A DNA stretch of 64,000 nucleotides, from contig CAVPBK010000009.1 of the NCBI GenBank assembly GCA_963701855.1, positions 416,001-480,000 of the forward strand, given 5' to 3'. This stretch comes from Nitrospirota bacterium (GTDB lineage Bacteria > Nitrospirota > Nitrospiria > Nitrospirales > Nitrospiraceae). Below the pieces are notes generated by a model that was not told the DNA's origin, did not search any database, and was given only the letters and a program-made list of their open reading frames with translations. Of the stretch, positions 20,240-30,119 are shown piece after piece; positions within the stretch are counted from its first letter, which is position 1; every line of letters starts with the position of its first letter. A program made the translations under genes and the position numbers.

Positions 20240-21832
20240 TTACAAATCATTCCCCGCATAGGACAGATTAAAGCTTTTGTTGATGAGCGGGAAGTCCGGA
20301 ATGATATTTCCGAGCACGGTCTGTTGGATCGCAGGCCAATTCGCGAACGAGGGGTCACGGACTTTACAGCGATGAATGGTCCCGTTCTCTCCCGCCATCA
20401 CCATGTACAGAATTTCACCACGCCAGCCTTCGACGGCTGACAAGGCCCATTCACGAGCTTGTGCCCTGCGACTGGATTCGACGGCGACAGGCCCCTGCGG
20501 AATCTTCAAACGAATCTCTCTGACTAGCCGCATGGACTCATGGATCTCATCCATGCGAACCCGCATCCGCGCCCGCACATCTCCATAGCGATAGTTCACC
20601 ACCTTGACGGGAAGCTCATCGTAGGCTGCAAACGGTCGATCGCGACGGAGGTCTTGATCAAGGCCCGACGCCCGTCCGACGACTCCCACTACCGCATGAT
20701 CCCAGGCCGTGCGTTCCGTCAGGACACCGGTGGTCTCCAGCCGGTCTGTTAGGGAGGCGTTGTGGGTGATGATCAATTCCAGCTCCGAGAAGTCCTTTTC
20801 GATCCGGTCCATTTCAGCAACAATCATGGTCAATTGTGCCGCTGTGAGATCGATTGCGACTCCACCAACCCGGTTGACTCCACGAAGAAATCGTGAGCCT
20901 GTCAGCTTGTCGTTGAGCTGCATGACCTGCTCTTTCATCCGGCCACAATGGGCATGGGGTAGTGCGTAGGCTGTATCGTTACAGATCGCGCCCACGTCGC
21001 CAATATGATTGTGGAGTCGCTCCAGTTCAAGAAACAGGCTCCGTAGATATCGTCCACGGCGTGACACCTCTAAATGGAGCAGCGCTTCGACCGCCTGGCA
21101 GTAAGCAAGACTATGGCCGACCGTCGTATCGCCGGATACTCGTTCGGCTAATGGAACCGCTGCGGTCAATGTTTGCTGCTCGAACAGCTTCTCGACTCCG
21201 CGATGTGTCCAGAAATGATGCAGCTCAAGTTGCATGATGGGTTCACCAGCCACGGAAAATCGAAAATGGCCCGGCTCGATGATACCGGCGTGGATTGGGC
21301 CCACCGGTACTTCAAACACTCCTTCCCCTTCAATGCGGCGGAAATGGTGTTCGCCTTGCTGACGACCCAGGACGCGGTTCCAAGGGAAATCCTTCTTGAG
21401 GGGGTGTGTCCCTTTTGGCCAGTGTTCGTGCCGAATCAGGCGTCGCAAGTCCGGATGTCCCTGCGGAATCATTCCAAACATGTCGCGAATCTCTCGCTCG
21501 TACCACTTTGCGGCATGAATGTGCGGCGTGATGGAGGGGAACAGCCGATCTCCCTCCGCGAGCTCAGTGGACAACACCACCCAGCTTTGGGAAGCCCCCA
21601 GGGTGAACAGATAGTGCAATCCACAGGCTTCGCGAATAGGACGATTGTCGACAGCCCATAAGAGTGTCAACCGGCCATGCAAGCTCGGTTGGGTATGGAG
21701 GTGATGGGTGATCGCCGGCAAGAGATCCTTGGGGACCAGAAAATGAGAGAACTCTCCCTTCGCTGCCTCATCCTGCACGATAAGCGGGAAAGCGGCCTTA
21801 AGTTCTTTGTCATAGATCCTCGTTTCTGCCAT
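20240..21832 (-). CDS. hyfG: Hyf/Ehr large subunit (NuoCD/HycE-like) without NiFe ligands
   Basis: WYEREIRDMFG, GPIHAGIIEPGHF, HRGVEK, ELERLHNH, DFPLINKSFNLSYAGNDL; start MAETR. Confidence 0.88.
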   Translation of the reverse strand: MAETRIYDKELKAAFPLIVQDEAAKGEFSHFLVPKDLLPAITHHLHTQPSLHGRLTLLWAVDNRPIREACGLHYLFTLGASQSWVVLSTELAEGDRLFPSITPHIHAAKWYEREIRDMFGMIPQGHPDLRRLIRHEHWPKGTHPLKKDFPWNRVLGRQQGEHHFRRIEGEGVFEVPVGPIHAGIIEPGHFRFSVAGEPIMQLELHHFWTHRGVEKLFEQQTLTAAVPLAERVSGDTTVGHSLAYCQAVEALLHLEVSRRGRYLRSLFLELERLHNHIGDVGAICNDTAYALPHAHCGRMKEQVMQLNDKLTGSRFLRGVNRVGGVAIDLTAAQLTMIVAEMDRIEKDFSELELIITHNASLTDRLETTGVLTERTAWDHAVVGVVGRASGLDQDLRRDRPFAAYDELPVKVVNYRYGDVRARMRVRMDEIHESMRLVREIRLKIPQGPVAVESSRRAQAREWALSAVEGWRGEILYMVMAGENGTIHRCKVRDPSFANWPAIQQTVLGNIIPDFPLINKSFNLSYAGNDL

Positions 21833-21846
21833 AGCACTCGTCCCTC

Positions 21847-23403
21847 CTAATGAAGCAAGAGTATTTTGGTCGCCTGTTCCAGCAGTTGCCGTAAGAACTG
21901 AGGGATGAAGAAACCAAATCCCACCAGCGCCGCGGCGAAAACAATCATAGGTAGGTGACCTAACGTCAAGCTTTCTCCTCGAACGATACCTTCTGGGGGG
22001 ATCCCCCAGACCATGCCGGTGATGCGATAGAGCAAGCCGCTGGACGCTACAATCGCACAAAGCAGAAACAGCCCGGTGAGGCCCAGGCTGCTAAACTGAC
22101 CCGACGAGGCAAGAGCCACCATGCCATTGCTATTAGTCAACCATTGTCCCGGAGCCCCTTCCGCAGACAGGGCCAAGACCACTTGCATTTCGCTGACAAA
22201 TGACACGAAAGGGGGAAGGGCTGACAAGGCCAGCCCCGCAATCATCAATGCCATGGCCGTCCAGGGCTGCGCGATAGCCAGCCCCTGCACCTGACCTATC
22301 TCCACCGTGTGAAAGCGACGATGAATGTCGCCCGCGGCAAAAAACGCCATCGATTTGGCAAAGGCATGGTTCAGCAGATGCAACAGCCCGCCGAAAGTAC
22401 CCAGCGGTCCTCCAACCCCGAATCCGATCATGGCGATCCCCATATGCTCGATACTGGAGTAGGCGAACAGCCGTTTATAGTTGTGCTGGATAAGGATGAA
22501 AAACGCTGCCGTGACAAACGAGGCAAACCCGAGCAATGTCAGCAACCCACCGGTGAAGGCAGGCGAAAGGGCGTGGTCGACAATCATCCTCATGCGGAGG
22601 ATCGCATAGACCGCCACAATTTCGAGGACACCCGCGAGCATGGCCACCACCGGCGCCGGCGCCTCAGTGTAAGCATCTGGCAGCCAGCTGTGCATGGGCA
22701 CGAGCCCCACTTTGGTGCCATAGCCCACCAAAATAAAGATGAAGGCCAACTTCAGCACATGCGGATTCAACCGGTCGGCTACGGGCAGTAACTGCGTCAC
22801 GTTCAAGGCCTCGCTGGCATCACCCAGCACATGCAGCGATGAATAATAGGTAAGCACCACGCCGAAGAGTGCAAGAGAAATCCCGACCGAACACAAGATG
22901 AGATACTTCCACCCGGCCTCCAAGGATTCTCGTCGTCGCCAGAAGGCAATCAGGAAAGTCGTGGTGAGCGTCGTCGCCTCGATGGCTACCCATTGCACTC
23001 CGACACTGTTGGCAATGGTCGCAATCACCATCGCCAGCAAGAACATGTGAAAGAGAAAAAAGAACACGTTGAGTCGTCCGGGCGCGATCACGCCTCGCGC
23101 GACCTGCTCATCCATATAGGAACGCATGTAAAGCGAACAGGCCAGTCCGACTGCCCCGATGATGAAGAGGATGAAGGCCGACAAGGCGTCGAGATAGACT
23201 AACTGTCCCAAAGCCGTGAATGGACCGTCTGTCAGCACAGTCCGAGTAATCATGATTTCTGAGGCCACGAGCAGGCTTATACTCGTGAGGTTGATCGCAT
23301 GGAGCAGTGCGGACCGATGAATGATCAAGCTCAGCCCCCCCGCGAGGAGCGGGGCGATCAACAAAACAACCACTTCGATCATTGTCATGAACCCTTCACT
23401 CAT
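21847..23403 (-). CDS. hyfF: Hyf/Ehr antiporter-like membrane subunit F
   Basis: WVAIEATT, EAGWKY, GYGTKVGLVPMHSWLPDAY, KRLFAYSSIEHMG. Confidence 0.88.
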   Translation of the reverse strand: MSEGFMTMIEVVVLLIAPLLAGGLSLIIHRSALLHAINLTSISLLVASEIMITRTVLTDGPFTALGQLVYLDALSAFILFIIGAVGLACSLYMRSYMDEQVARGVIAPGRLNVFFFLFHMFLLAMVIATIANSVGVQWVAIEATTLTTTFLIAFWRRRESLEAGWKYLILCSVGISLALFGVVLTYYSSLHVLGDASEALNVTQLLPVADRLNPHVLKLAFIFILVGYGTKVGLVPMHSWLPDAYTEAPAPVVAMLAGVLEIVAVYAILRMRMIVDHALSPAFTGGLLTLLGFASFVTAAFFILIQHNYKRLFAYSSIEHMGIAMIGFGVGGPLGTFGGLLHLLNHAFAKSMAFFAAGDIHRRFHTVEIGQVQGLAIAQPWTAMALMIAGLALSALPPFVSFVSEMQVVLALSAEGAPGQWLTNSNGMVALASSGQFSSLGLTGLFLLCAIVASSGLLYRITGMVWGIPPEGIVRGESLTLGHLPMIVFAAALVGFGFFIPQFLRQLLEQATKILLLH

Positions 23404-24065
23404 TCCTTCAACACGGTGAGGTGGCTTGTATCCACGCTGTCGAACGCGTCTTGTAAGCGATTCGTATAGATCCCCGCGATCAACACCGCGATGAGCACGT
23501 CGAAGAACACCCCCAGTTCGACGATCAAGGGCATCCCGTAGGTGGCGGCCGTAGCCCCCAAGAACAAGCCGTTTTCCATGACCAGAAAGCCCACCAGCTG
23601 CGACACAGCCTTTTGTCTCGCAATCATCGTGAACAAGCCGATGAGCACGATCGCGAAGGCGATGGCCAGAGAATCACGGGTGAGCAGAAAACCAAGCGGA
23701 AGAATGGGTTGCGTAATAAAGAAGGCCAGCATGACGAGGGCGCCGCAGATCAGCAAGCCGGCCGGTACGTTGATGTTCATGACCAATTCTCGCTTGACGT
23801 TGAGACGTTCAATGACCTTTTTCAAGACCCGCGGGATGATGATCACTTTAATCAGGCAGGTCAGCCCAGCCGCAATGTAGATATGGTGGTTCCCAGTCAG
23901 AAACGCCACCAGGGCTGCCGTTAAGACGAGAAAGGCCGACTGCAGTGCAAACAAGTCGACACAGGCGGAGAGCCGCCGCTGCGCCACGATGGCGAAGCAG
24001 GTTAACAGGAGTAACGCCGAGCACAAGTCGACGAGTTGCGATCCAATATGAGAAGAAATCTGCAT
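23400..24065 (-). CDS. hyfE: Hyf/Ehr membrane subunit E
   Basis: GFLVMENG, GMPLIVELGVFFD. Confidence 0.88.
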   Translation of the reverse strand: MQISSHIGSQLVDLCSALLLLTCFAIVAQRRLSACVDLFALQSAFLVLTAALVAFLTGNHHIYIAAGLTCLIKVIIIPRVLKKVIERLNVKRELVMNINVPAGLLICGALVMLAFFITQPILPLGFLLTRDSLAIAFAIVLIGLFTMIARQKAVSQLVGFLVMENGLFLGATAATYGMPLIVELGVFFDVLIAVLIAGIYTNRLQDAFDSVDTSHLTVLKE

Positions 24066-24069
24066 CTGT

Positions 24070-25020
24070 TCAGCTCCGAAGAATATAAAAGAACAGCAGT
24101 CCGAGTAACGCCAGGATAAAGGCGACGCCCAGGAGTTCCGTCACGCGGAACAACCGCAATTTTGCGAACATAGACTCCAGGATCCCGATCAACACCGCAA
24201 GCCCTGAGACCTTCAATAGGTAAGCTAATACCCCGATCCCCATCGCGGTGGGCGCCAGCGTAGTCGCAATTCCCCAGGGTGCGAAGACGTTGGCGATCAG
24301 AGAGAGAAACACGGCCAACTTCAGGCCGGCTGCCCATTCGATTAGAGCGAGATAGCGACCCGAGTATTCCAGGACCATCGCCTCATGGATCATTGTCAGT
24401 TCAAGATGCGTCGCTGGATTATCGACCGGTACCCGCCCAGTTTCAGCCAGCGCCACGATTAAGAGAGCTGCCAATGCCATCAGATACGGCGATGGGTCCG
24501 TCGCGATCCCTTCCAACAGTGCGGTCTTATGGACAATGGTGCTCAGGTTGGTCGATCCCTTGGTCAACGCAATCGCAAAGATAGAGAGGATCATGGCTGG
24601 TTCGGTCAGGGAGGCAACGATGGCCTCGCGGCTGCTTCCCATCCCACCGAAGGCTGAACCGGCATCAAGGCCGGCCAACATCAGGAAAAATGTCCCCAGC
24701 GCCAGCAAATACACAACCGCAATAATGTTGCCGACAAAATCGAGCGGCGTAATAGACACAAAGATTGGGAGCAACAGTCCGGCGGCTAGCGTAGAAGCAA
24801 ACACAATGTATGGTGTCGCGGTGAAGATCCACGAGGTCGTGGTGGAGACGACTGGTTGTTTACGGAAGAGCTTGGCCAGGTCCGCATAGGGCTGAAAGAC
24901 ACTGGCGCCCTGCCGTAATTGCAAACGCGCCTTGACCTTCCTGATCAGTCCCACAAGGAACGGTGAGACCGTCAGCAAGACAATCGTTTGAGCAACAACG
25001 AGAATAATGGCTTGCAACAT
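24070..25020 (-). CDS. hyfC: Hyf/Ehr NuoH-like membrane subunit C
   Basis: RKVKARLQ.RQG, GMGSSRE, DNPATHLELTMIHEAMVLEYSG. Confidence 0.88.
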   Translation of the reverse strand: MLQAIILVVAQTIVLLTVSPFLVGLIRKVKARLQLRQGASVFQPYADLAKLFRKQPVVSTTTSWIFTATPYIVFASTLAAGLLLPIFVSITPLDFVGNIIAVVYLLALGTFFLMLAGLDAGSAFGGMGSSREAIVASLTEPAMILSIFAIALTKGSTNLSTIVHKTALLEGIATDPSPYLMALAALLIVALAETGRVPVDNPATHLELTMIHEAMVLEYSGRYLALIEWAAGLKLAVFLSLIANVFAPWGIATTLAPTAMGIGVLAYLLKVSGLAVLIGILESMFAKLRLFRVTELLGVAFILALLGLLFFYILRS

Positions 25021-25024
25021 CCGG

Positions 25025-27052
25025 TTACACCGCGAATAACAACAGGGCGATGAGTGTGACGAAGATATACGCCAAGTACAGGTGCAGACTTCCCCCCTGA
25101 ATGACTCTTAGCCGATCGGCCATGCCGATGAAGCATGCGACCACGGGATCGTAGAGATATTTCTGGAAGACCGGCTCAATATGGAATTCGAAGTGCCGAC
25201 GTTTGGCGAAGTACCGCGACTCTTCAAGCAACTCCGTCTCCAACTTCACCGTCGGCTGATAAATCGCGGCGAAGACTCGTTTGATCGGCTGAACAAAGCC
25301 AGTCGCGGTGTACTCCATTCGGGGCGTGAGGTTGATCCCGCAGCCCCAGGTCTTGTAATAGCGCTGTTTCACAAGACCACCGAATGCCGCTACGAGCCCA
25401 AGCCCGAGCATCGACAGCGCCACCAGCAGCAGAGCCAAGGCCGGCGTTGAGAGGCTGGAGAATTCCACATTCACCGGGGCCAGCGCCCAGCCATCCAGCG
25501 ACAGCACTTTTCCCTCGATCGACAGACCGGCAAATGGCGTGACCACACGGTCTAACATCGGAACGACGACCATGGGTGCAAGGCCGAGCAACACACAGAC
25601 CACTGCCAGCAGGCCCATCGCGATACGCATGGTAATTGGCACTTCCTCTGCCTGTCGCGCATGGGAACTCCGTGGGAGGGCTAAAAAAGAGACTCCGAAT
25701 GCCTTGGCGAAGCAGGTCAGTGCCAACACGCTGGTCAGGGCCAGCATTGCCGCAGCAAGCGGAAGCATGAATTTCAGCAAGACCGCTGGGAGGTGAAAAC
25801 TAAGGAAGAGACTTTGAAAGACCAGCCACTCGCTGACGAATCCGTTGGTGGGAGGCAAGGCAGAAATCGACACGGCTCCGATCAAAAAGAAGGCCCCGGT
25901 CCAAGGCATGCGTCGGAGCAGGCCACCATACTCCTCCATGTTGCGCGTGTGGGTGGCATAGAGCAGCGAGCCGGCGCCTAAGAACAGCAGCGCCTTGAAC
26001 ATGGCATGGTTGATCGTATGATAGAGCCCGGCCAGCAACCCCAAGGCGGCAAATTCTGTGAGGCCGTAGGTCTGAAAGATCATCCCGGCACCGATGCCCA
26101 ACAGGATGATGCCGATGTTCTCCACGCTGTGGTACGCGAGCAGACTTTTCAGATCATGCTCCATCAGCGCATACATCACGCCCAGCAAGGCTGACACCGC
26201 TCCGATAACCAGCACGATAAATCCCCACCACCAAGGGAATTGGCCCCCGAGGAAATCGAAGTACACTCGCACGAGCGCGTAGATGGCGGTTTTGATCATC
26301 ACGCCCGACATGAGGGCTGAAATATGCGACGGCGCCGAGGGGTGCGCGTAGGGCAGCCAGACGTGGAGCGGCACAATGCCTGCTTTGGTGCCGAACCCGA
26401 TCAGGGCCATCAGAAAAGCCAGGGTTCTCATCCCTTCGGGCAAAGGCTGCGCCGGATGCCGGAAGGCCTCGAACGAGAACGACCCACCTGCGTGGAAGAA
26501 GATCAAAAAGGCTAGGATGATAAACGCCGTTCCGAGATGTGTCATGACGAAGTAGAAAAACCCTGCATAACGCACCTCCGCCTTCTCGTGTTCCGTCACT
26601 ACGAGGAAATAGGACAGCAATGACATCAGTTCCCACACGATCAGGAAGAAGAACCCGTTGTCGGCAATGACCACGAGTGTCATTGAGAGAAGAAATCCGT
26701 TAAATAGCGCCCCAAGCGCTGCGATCGAGGCACGCCCATAAAATTTGGTTACGTAGCCGATCGCATAGATCGAAGCGGCCAAGCCAGCCACCGAGATGGT
26801 CAATACGAATAACGACGCTAAGGGATCGAGTCGGATTGCGAAGCTCAGAAAAGGAATGGTGGATTGTACTGAAGCGGTCCAGGGTTCCGGTGCGAAGAGG
26901 CCGGTCACTCCGAGCAAGATGCCTGCTCCACTGGCCAGACCGGCGGACCCATGCGCGAGGATGTTTTGTACTGCTGGCTTGGTGGGAAAGCACAGAGGGA
27001 GAAGCAGTCCGCCTATGTAACTTGCGAAAACTAGAAGAAACAGATTCTGCAT
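25025..27052 (-). CDS. hyfB: Hyf/Ehr antiporter-like membrane subunit B
   Basis: WELMS, KAGIVPLHVWLPYAHP, LLAYHSVENIG, WGCG...MEYTA. Confidence 0.9.
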   Translation of the reverse strand: MQNLFLLVFASYIGGLLLPLCFPTKPAVQNILAHGSAGLASGAGILLGVTGLFAPEPWTASVQSTIPFLSFAIRLDPLASLFVLTISVAGLAASIYAIGYVTKFYGRASIAALGALFNGFLLSMTLVVIADNGFFFLIVWELMSLLSYFLVVTEHEKAEVRYAGFFYFVMTHLGTAFIILAFLIFFHAGGSFSFEAFRHPAQPLPEGMRTLAFLMALIGFGTKAGIVPLHVWLPYAHPSAPSHISALMSGVMIKTAIYALVRVYFDFLGGQFPWWWGFIVLVIGAVSALLGVMYALMEHDLKSLLAYHSVENIGIILLGIGAGMIFQTYGLTEFAALGLLAGLYHTINHAMFKALLFLGAGSLLYATHTRNMEEYGGLLRRMPWTGAFFLIGAVSISALPPTNGFVSEWLVFQSLFLSFHLPAVLLKFMLPLAAAMLALTSVLALTCFAKAFGVSFLALPRSSHARQAEEVPITMRIAMGLLAVVCVLLGLAPMVVVPMLDRVVTPFAGLSIEGKVLSLDGWALAPVNVEFSSLSTPALALLLVALSMLGLGLVAAFGGLVKQRYYKTWGCGINLTPRMEYTATGFVQPIKRVFAAIYQPTVKLETELLEESRYFAKRRHFEFHIEPVFQKYLYDPVVACFIGMADRLRVIQGGSLHLYLAYIFVTLIALLLFAV

Positions 27053-27067
27053 GTGCGTGTGGCTGGG

Positions 27068-28000
27068 CTACCGCTCCTGACGAATTAAGGTCGGCACGAG
27101 GTGGCTCAGGACATCGTCGGTGATACCAAACCGAGTATAATTAGTGTCCGACTTCTCGTTGGCGTACAGGCGACCGGTGGGAGTGGGGATTTTTATGTCC
27201 ACCGTCACTTGGCTCTTCGGCTGGATGATGATGGTCTGTTCCTTCATGCCGCTGAGGTACGGATGCCAGATCAACATCTTGTACGTGCCGGGAGGGATGT
27301 CGCCGATTTCAAATCGACCATCTTGGTCGGTCATCGCATAGTAGGGATTTTCCATCGCCAGCCCCCAACTCTCCATGTAGGCATGGACGCCGCATTGCAT
27401 GACGAATACCTTGCGTCCCTTCGTCAGGTTGACGAACTGCTTCATCGGTTCGCCGGCCTGGTGCTTGTGATACATTGCCGCGTCATCGCCCCGATCCTTG
27501 AGGTCTCGCGGATGGTGCGGATTTATCGGGAGCGGCACGTTGAAGAGCATGCGTGGGCCAAGCTGAGAGGTCTCATAGGCCTGAATATCATGCATGACCG
27601 GATCCATATTCACGACGACCACGTCACTCTTCTCGCGCATCACGGTCGTGAAGGGAAGGAACCGGCAATCCTTGGCTTCGATGTGCGGTGCCTGCTCGTG
27701 CAAGAATGATTTCCCTTTCTCGACATTTTCGAGATACACCACCACGTCACGGAACTGTCCGGCTTGACTCGCGTTGAAGGGCTGGAGCAATCTCCACCCC
27801 TGGCCGTCTGAAATCCGCCCGCAGTAGACTTGATCAGGAAGCGTGATCAGGTTGTAGCCCTTCGGCCTGGGAACCTGGCCTTCGAGGAAGAGGGTTCCAC
27901 TGAGGCTTCCGCCGTCCGTCACGGCAATTTCCTCATAAGCCCAAGCCGGCACTCCGAAGCCGATAGCGGCTAATATCGCTGCTGTAATTACAAGATGCAT
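27068..28000 (-). CDS. Periplasmic carboxypeptidase-regulatory-like domain protein with cupredoxin-type motif
   Basis: Signal peptide MHLVITAA...AWA; DPVMHD and CGVHAYM; TDQDGRFEIGDIPPGTY. Confidence 0.75.
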   Translation of the reverse strand: MHLVITAAILAAIGFGVPAWAYEEIAVTDGGSLSGTLFLEGQVPRPKGYNLITLPDQVYCGRISDGQGWRLLQPFNASQAGQFRDVVVYLENVEKGKSFLHEQAPHIEAKDCRFLPFTTVMREKSDVVVVNMDPVMHDIQAYETSQLGPRMLFNVPLPINPHHPRDLKDRGDDAAMYHKHQAGEPMKQFVNLTKGRKVFVMQCGVHAYMESWGLAMENPYYAMTDQDGRFEIGDIPPGTYKMLIWHPYLSGMKEQTIIIQPKSQVTVDIKIPTPTGRLYANEKSDTNYTRFGITDDVLSHLVPTLIRQER

Positions 28001-28046
28001 TGGATCCTCCTTGTTTTCAATTAGAGCCGCGGCATGAGTTCTCTGT

Positions 28047-28361
28047 TTATGTGTTCGACTGCAGGGGGCGCCCGATCCGAAGCCGACAGCGGGCCATCCC
28101 CTCCCTCGCTTTGAGATTATTCGAGTCATCGGCTAACACAGCTTTCCAGTTGAAGAGGGCTTCTTCATATTGTCCCAGCTCTTCCAGTACCGAGGCGAGG
28201 TCACACCTGACCAGAATATCCCTCGGGCAGATAGTCAGGAGCTTCTCCAACCGTGCCGCTCGATCGACCCATGATTCAGTCAAATGGTTAGGGGACATTG
28301 AATCCGACGCTCCGGAGATCCTCTTGTTCATGTTTCTTCGACTCTTCCTTGTTTCTTTCAT
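28047..28361 (-). CDS. Small TPR protein
   Basis: DLASVLEELGQYEEALFNWKAVL...NLKAREGM. Confidence 0.7.
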   Translation of the reverse strand: MKETRKSRRNMNKRISGASDSMSPNHLTESWVDRAARLEKLLTICPRDILVRCDLASVLEELGQYEEALFNWKAVLADDSNNLKAREGMARCRLRIGRPLQSNT

Positions 28362-28464
28362 TAATGCCAGAACTCACGACTGCCCAGGTCTTGCTTTCAT
28401 ATCTTCCCAATGATGATTTCAGGATCAGATGGCGCCTGAGAACAAGATCTTAACCATGAGTCAA

Positions 28465-28480
28465 TGCAGGGAGAATGCCG
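28465..28480 (-). promoter_or_regulatory. Sigma54 (-24/-12) promoter of the TPR-cupredoxin-hyf operon
   Basis: Minus strand reads CGGCAT-TCTCC-CTGCA; lies next to a sigma54 activator gene. Confidence 0.65.
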
Positions 28481-28585
28481 TGAACGGCTCGCCATGTATC
28501 AGCGCGCGCGGGTGAACGAAATTGCAGACTTAGGGTCTTGGTGTTGACGTCCACGAGGATCGGTACGACTCGCTGTCTCGACGCA

Positions 28586-28702
28586 TGCAAGATTTGCAGA
28601 TTTCGATCCAGTATTGGTGTAAGAAGGCTGCATTTCTTGCAGAGCCGGACACGATTCCCTATCGCGTAAGGATTCGGGCATCCTGACCATGCAAGATTTG
28701 CG
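28586..28702. promoter_or_regulatory. Three TGCA-N5-TGC(A/G) palindromes, putative enhancer (UAS) sites
   Basis: TGCAAGATTTGCA 28586-28598, TGCATTTCTTGCA 28629-28641, TGCAAGATTTGCG 28690-28702. Confidence 0.6.
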
Positions 28703-28760
28703 AATCAGCAGGGGGTGGGCTATTGAAAGATGTCTGAAACCGTGGAACGGAGAGAGGAGG

Positions 28761-30119
28761 TTAATCTCGGATGCCGTACTCCTTAATCTTATATTGAAGC
28801 GCCCGTAGGCTAATCCCTAAAAGTTTGGCAGCTCTTTCCCGGTGGTTTGTCACCTCTGCCAACGTGCGCCGAATCACGTTCAGCTCGATCTCTTCGAGGG
28901 AAGTCCCTAGCGTGACAAGCATGGTTCGAGAGTCTTCCTTGCTGGCCTGAATCTCTTCCGGCAAGTGTTCCGGCTGAATCGTCTTGTCACGGACTGTTAC
29001 CACCAACCGCTGCATGAGATTCCTGAGTTGACGAATGTTTCCGGGCCACCCATACAACCGCAAAAGCCGCATCGCTTCTTCTGATATGTCTTTCGGCTCA
29101 CGGTGATGCTGGGTAGCGCACTCTGTGAGAAACCGGTCTACCAGCAGGGGAATATCATCTGATCGATCCCGGATCGGCGGGAGGTGGATGGGCACGACAT
29201 TGAGCCGGTAGTAGAGGTCTTCTCGAAAGTCTCCTTGGTTGACTGCTTCTTCAAGATTACGATTGGTGGCGGCGATAATCCTGGTATCGACTTTGAGCAG
29301 CTTCGTTCCGCCCAGACGCCTGAATTCCTTCGTCTCCAACACTCGGAGAAAATCAACTTGCGACTTGAGGGACAGCTCGCCCACCTCATCCAACAACAGC
29401 GTGCCGCCATCGGCGAGTTCGAACCGCCCCATCTTGGTCATCGCGGCGCCGGTAAACGCGCCTTTTTCGTAGCCGAACAACTCGCTTTCGAAAAGATTGT
29501 CCGGTAGGGCCCCACAATTCATCGTGATGAACGGACCGATGGCTCTGGGGCTCTTATGGTGGATCGCCCTGGAAATGAGTTCCTTGCCGGTCCCGCTTTC
29601 TCCCGTCAGCAACACCGCGACATCGCTGTCCGCCACCATCTCCACCAGATTGTAGACCCGCTGCATCGGCTCGCTCTCGCCGACCATGTGATCGAGGCAC
29701 GCCCTGGTCTCGAGGCGATCCCGGAGCTGCTTGTTCTCGGTGGTTAACGCATGTCGCTCCAGCGCCTTGGCGATGACGAGGGGGAACCGTTCGCGATCGA
29801 TGGGCTTCGTAAGATAGTCATAGGCTCCACAGCGCATCGCCTCGACTGCCGTATCGATTGACCCGTAGGCGGTCATCACCACGACTTCCGTATCCGGCCA
29901 TCTGTCTTTGAGACGCCGCAAAAACTCCATACCCCCGATACCGGACATCCGGAGGTCGGTGATCACCAACTCCGCAGAGACCGCTTCCAGGCTCGCCAAC
30001 CCTTCCTCTGCCGTGGCCACTCCGCGTACCTGGTGCCCCTTCTTCTCGAGCATCGTGACCAACGCCCCTCGGATATTGATCTCGTCATCCACAACGAGAA
30101 TATTCTCGCGTGGTTTCAT
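28761..30119 (-). CDS. Sigma54-dependent response regulator (NtrC/AtoC family)
   Basis: Receiver ILVVDDE/TDLRM, GESGTGKE, GAFTGA, WPGNIRQL, HTH AKLLGIS. Confidence 0.95.
   Translation of the reverse strand: MKPRENILVVDDEINIRGALVTMLEKKGHQVRGVATAEEGLASLEAVSAELVITDLRMSGIGGMEFLRRLKDRWPDTEVVVMTAYGSIDTAVEAMRCGAYDYLTKPIDRERFPLVIAKALERHALTTENKQLRDRLETRACLDHMVGESEPMQRVYNLVEMVADSDVAVLLTGESGTGKELISRAIHHKSPRAIGPFITMNCGALPDNLFESELFGYEKGAFTGAAMTKMGRFELADGGTLLLDEVGELSLKSQVDFLRVLETKEFRRLGGTKLLKVDTRIIAATNRNLEEAVNQGDFREDLYYRLNVVPIHLPPIRDRSDDIPLLVDRFLTECATQHHREPKDISEEAMRLLRLYGWPGNIRQLRNLMQRLVVTVRDKTIQPEHLPEEIQASKEDSRTMLVTLGTSLEEIELNVIRRTLAEVTNHRERAAKLLGISLRALQYKIKEYGIRD

Noticed and set aside
19628..27052. Functional NiFe hydrogenase-4 or formate hydrogenlyase
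   Set aside because: Both CxxC Ni-binding motifs are missing; no maturation or fdh genes are in the window
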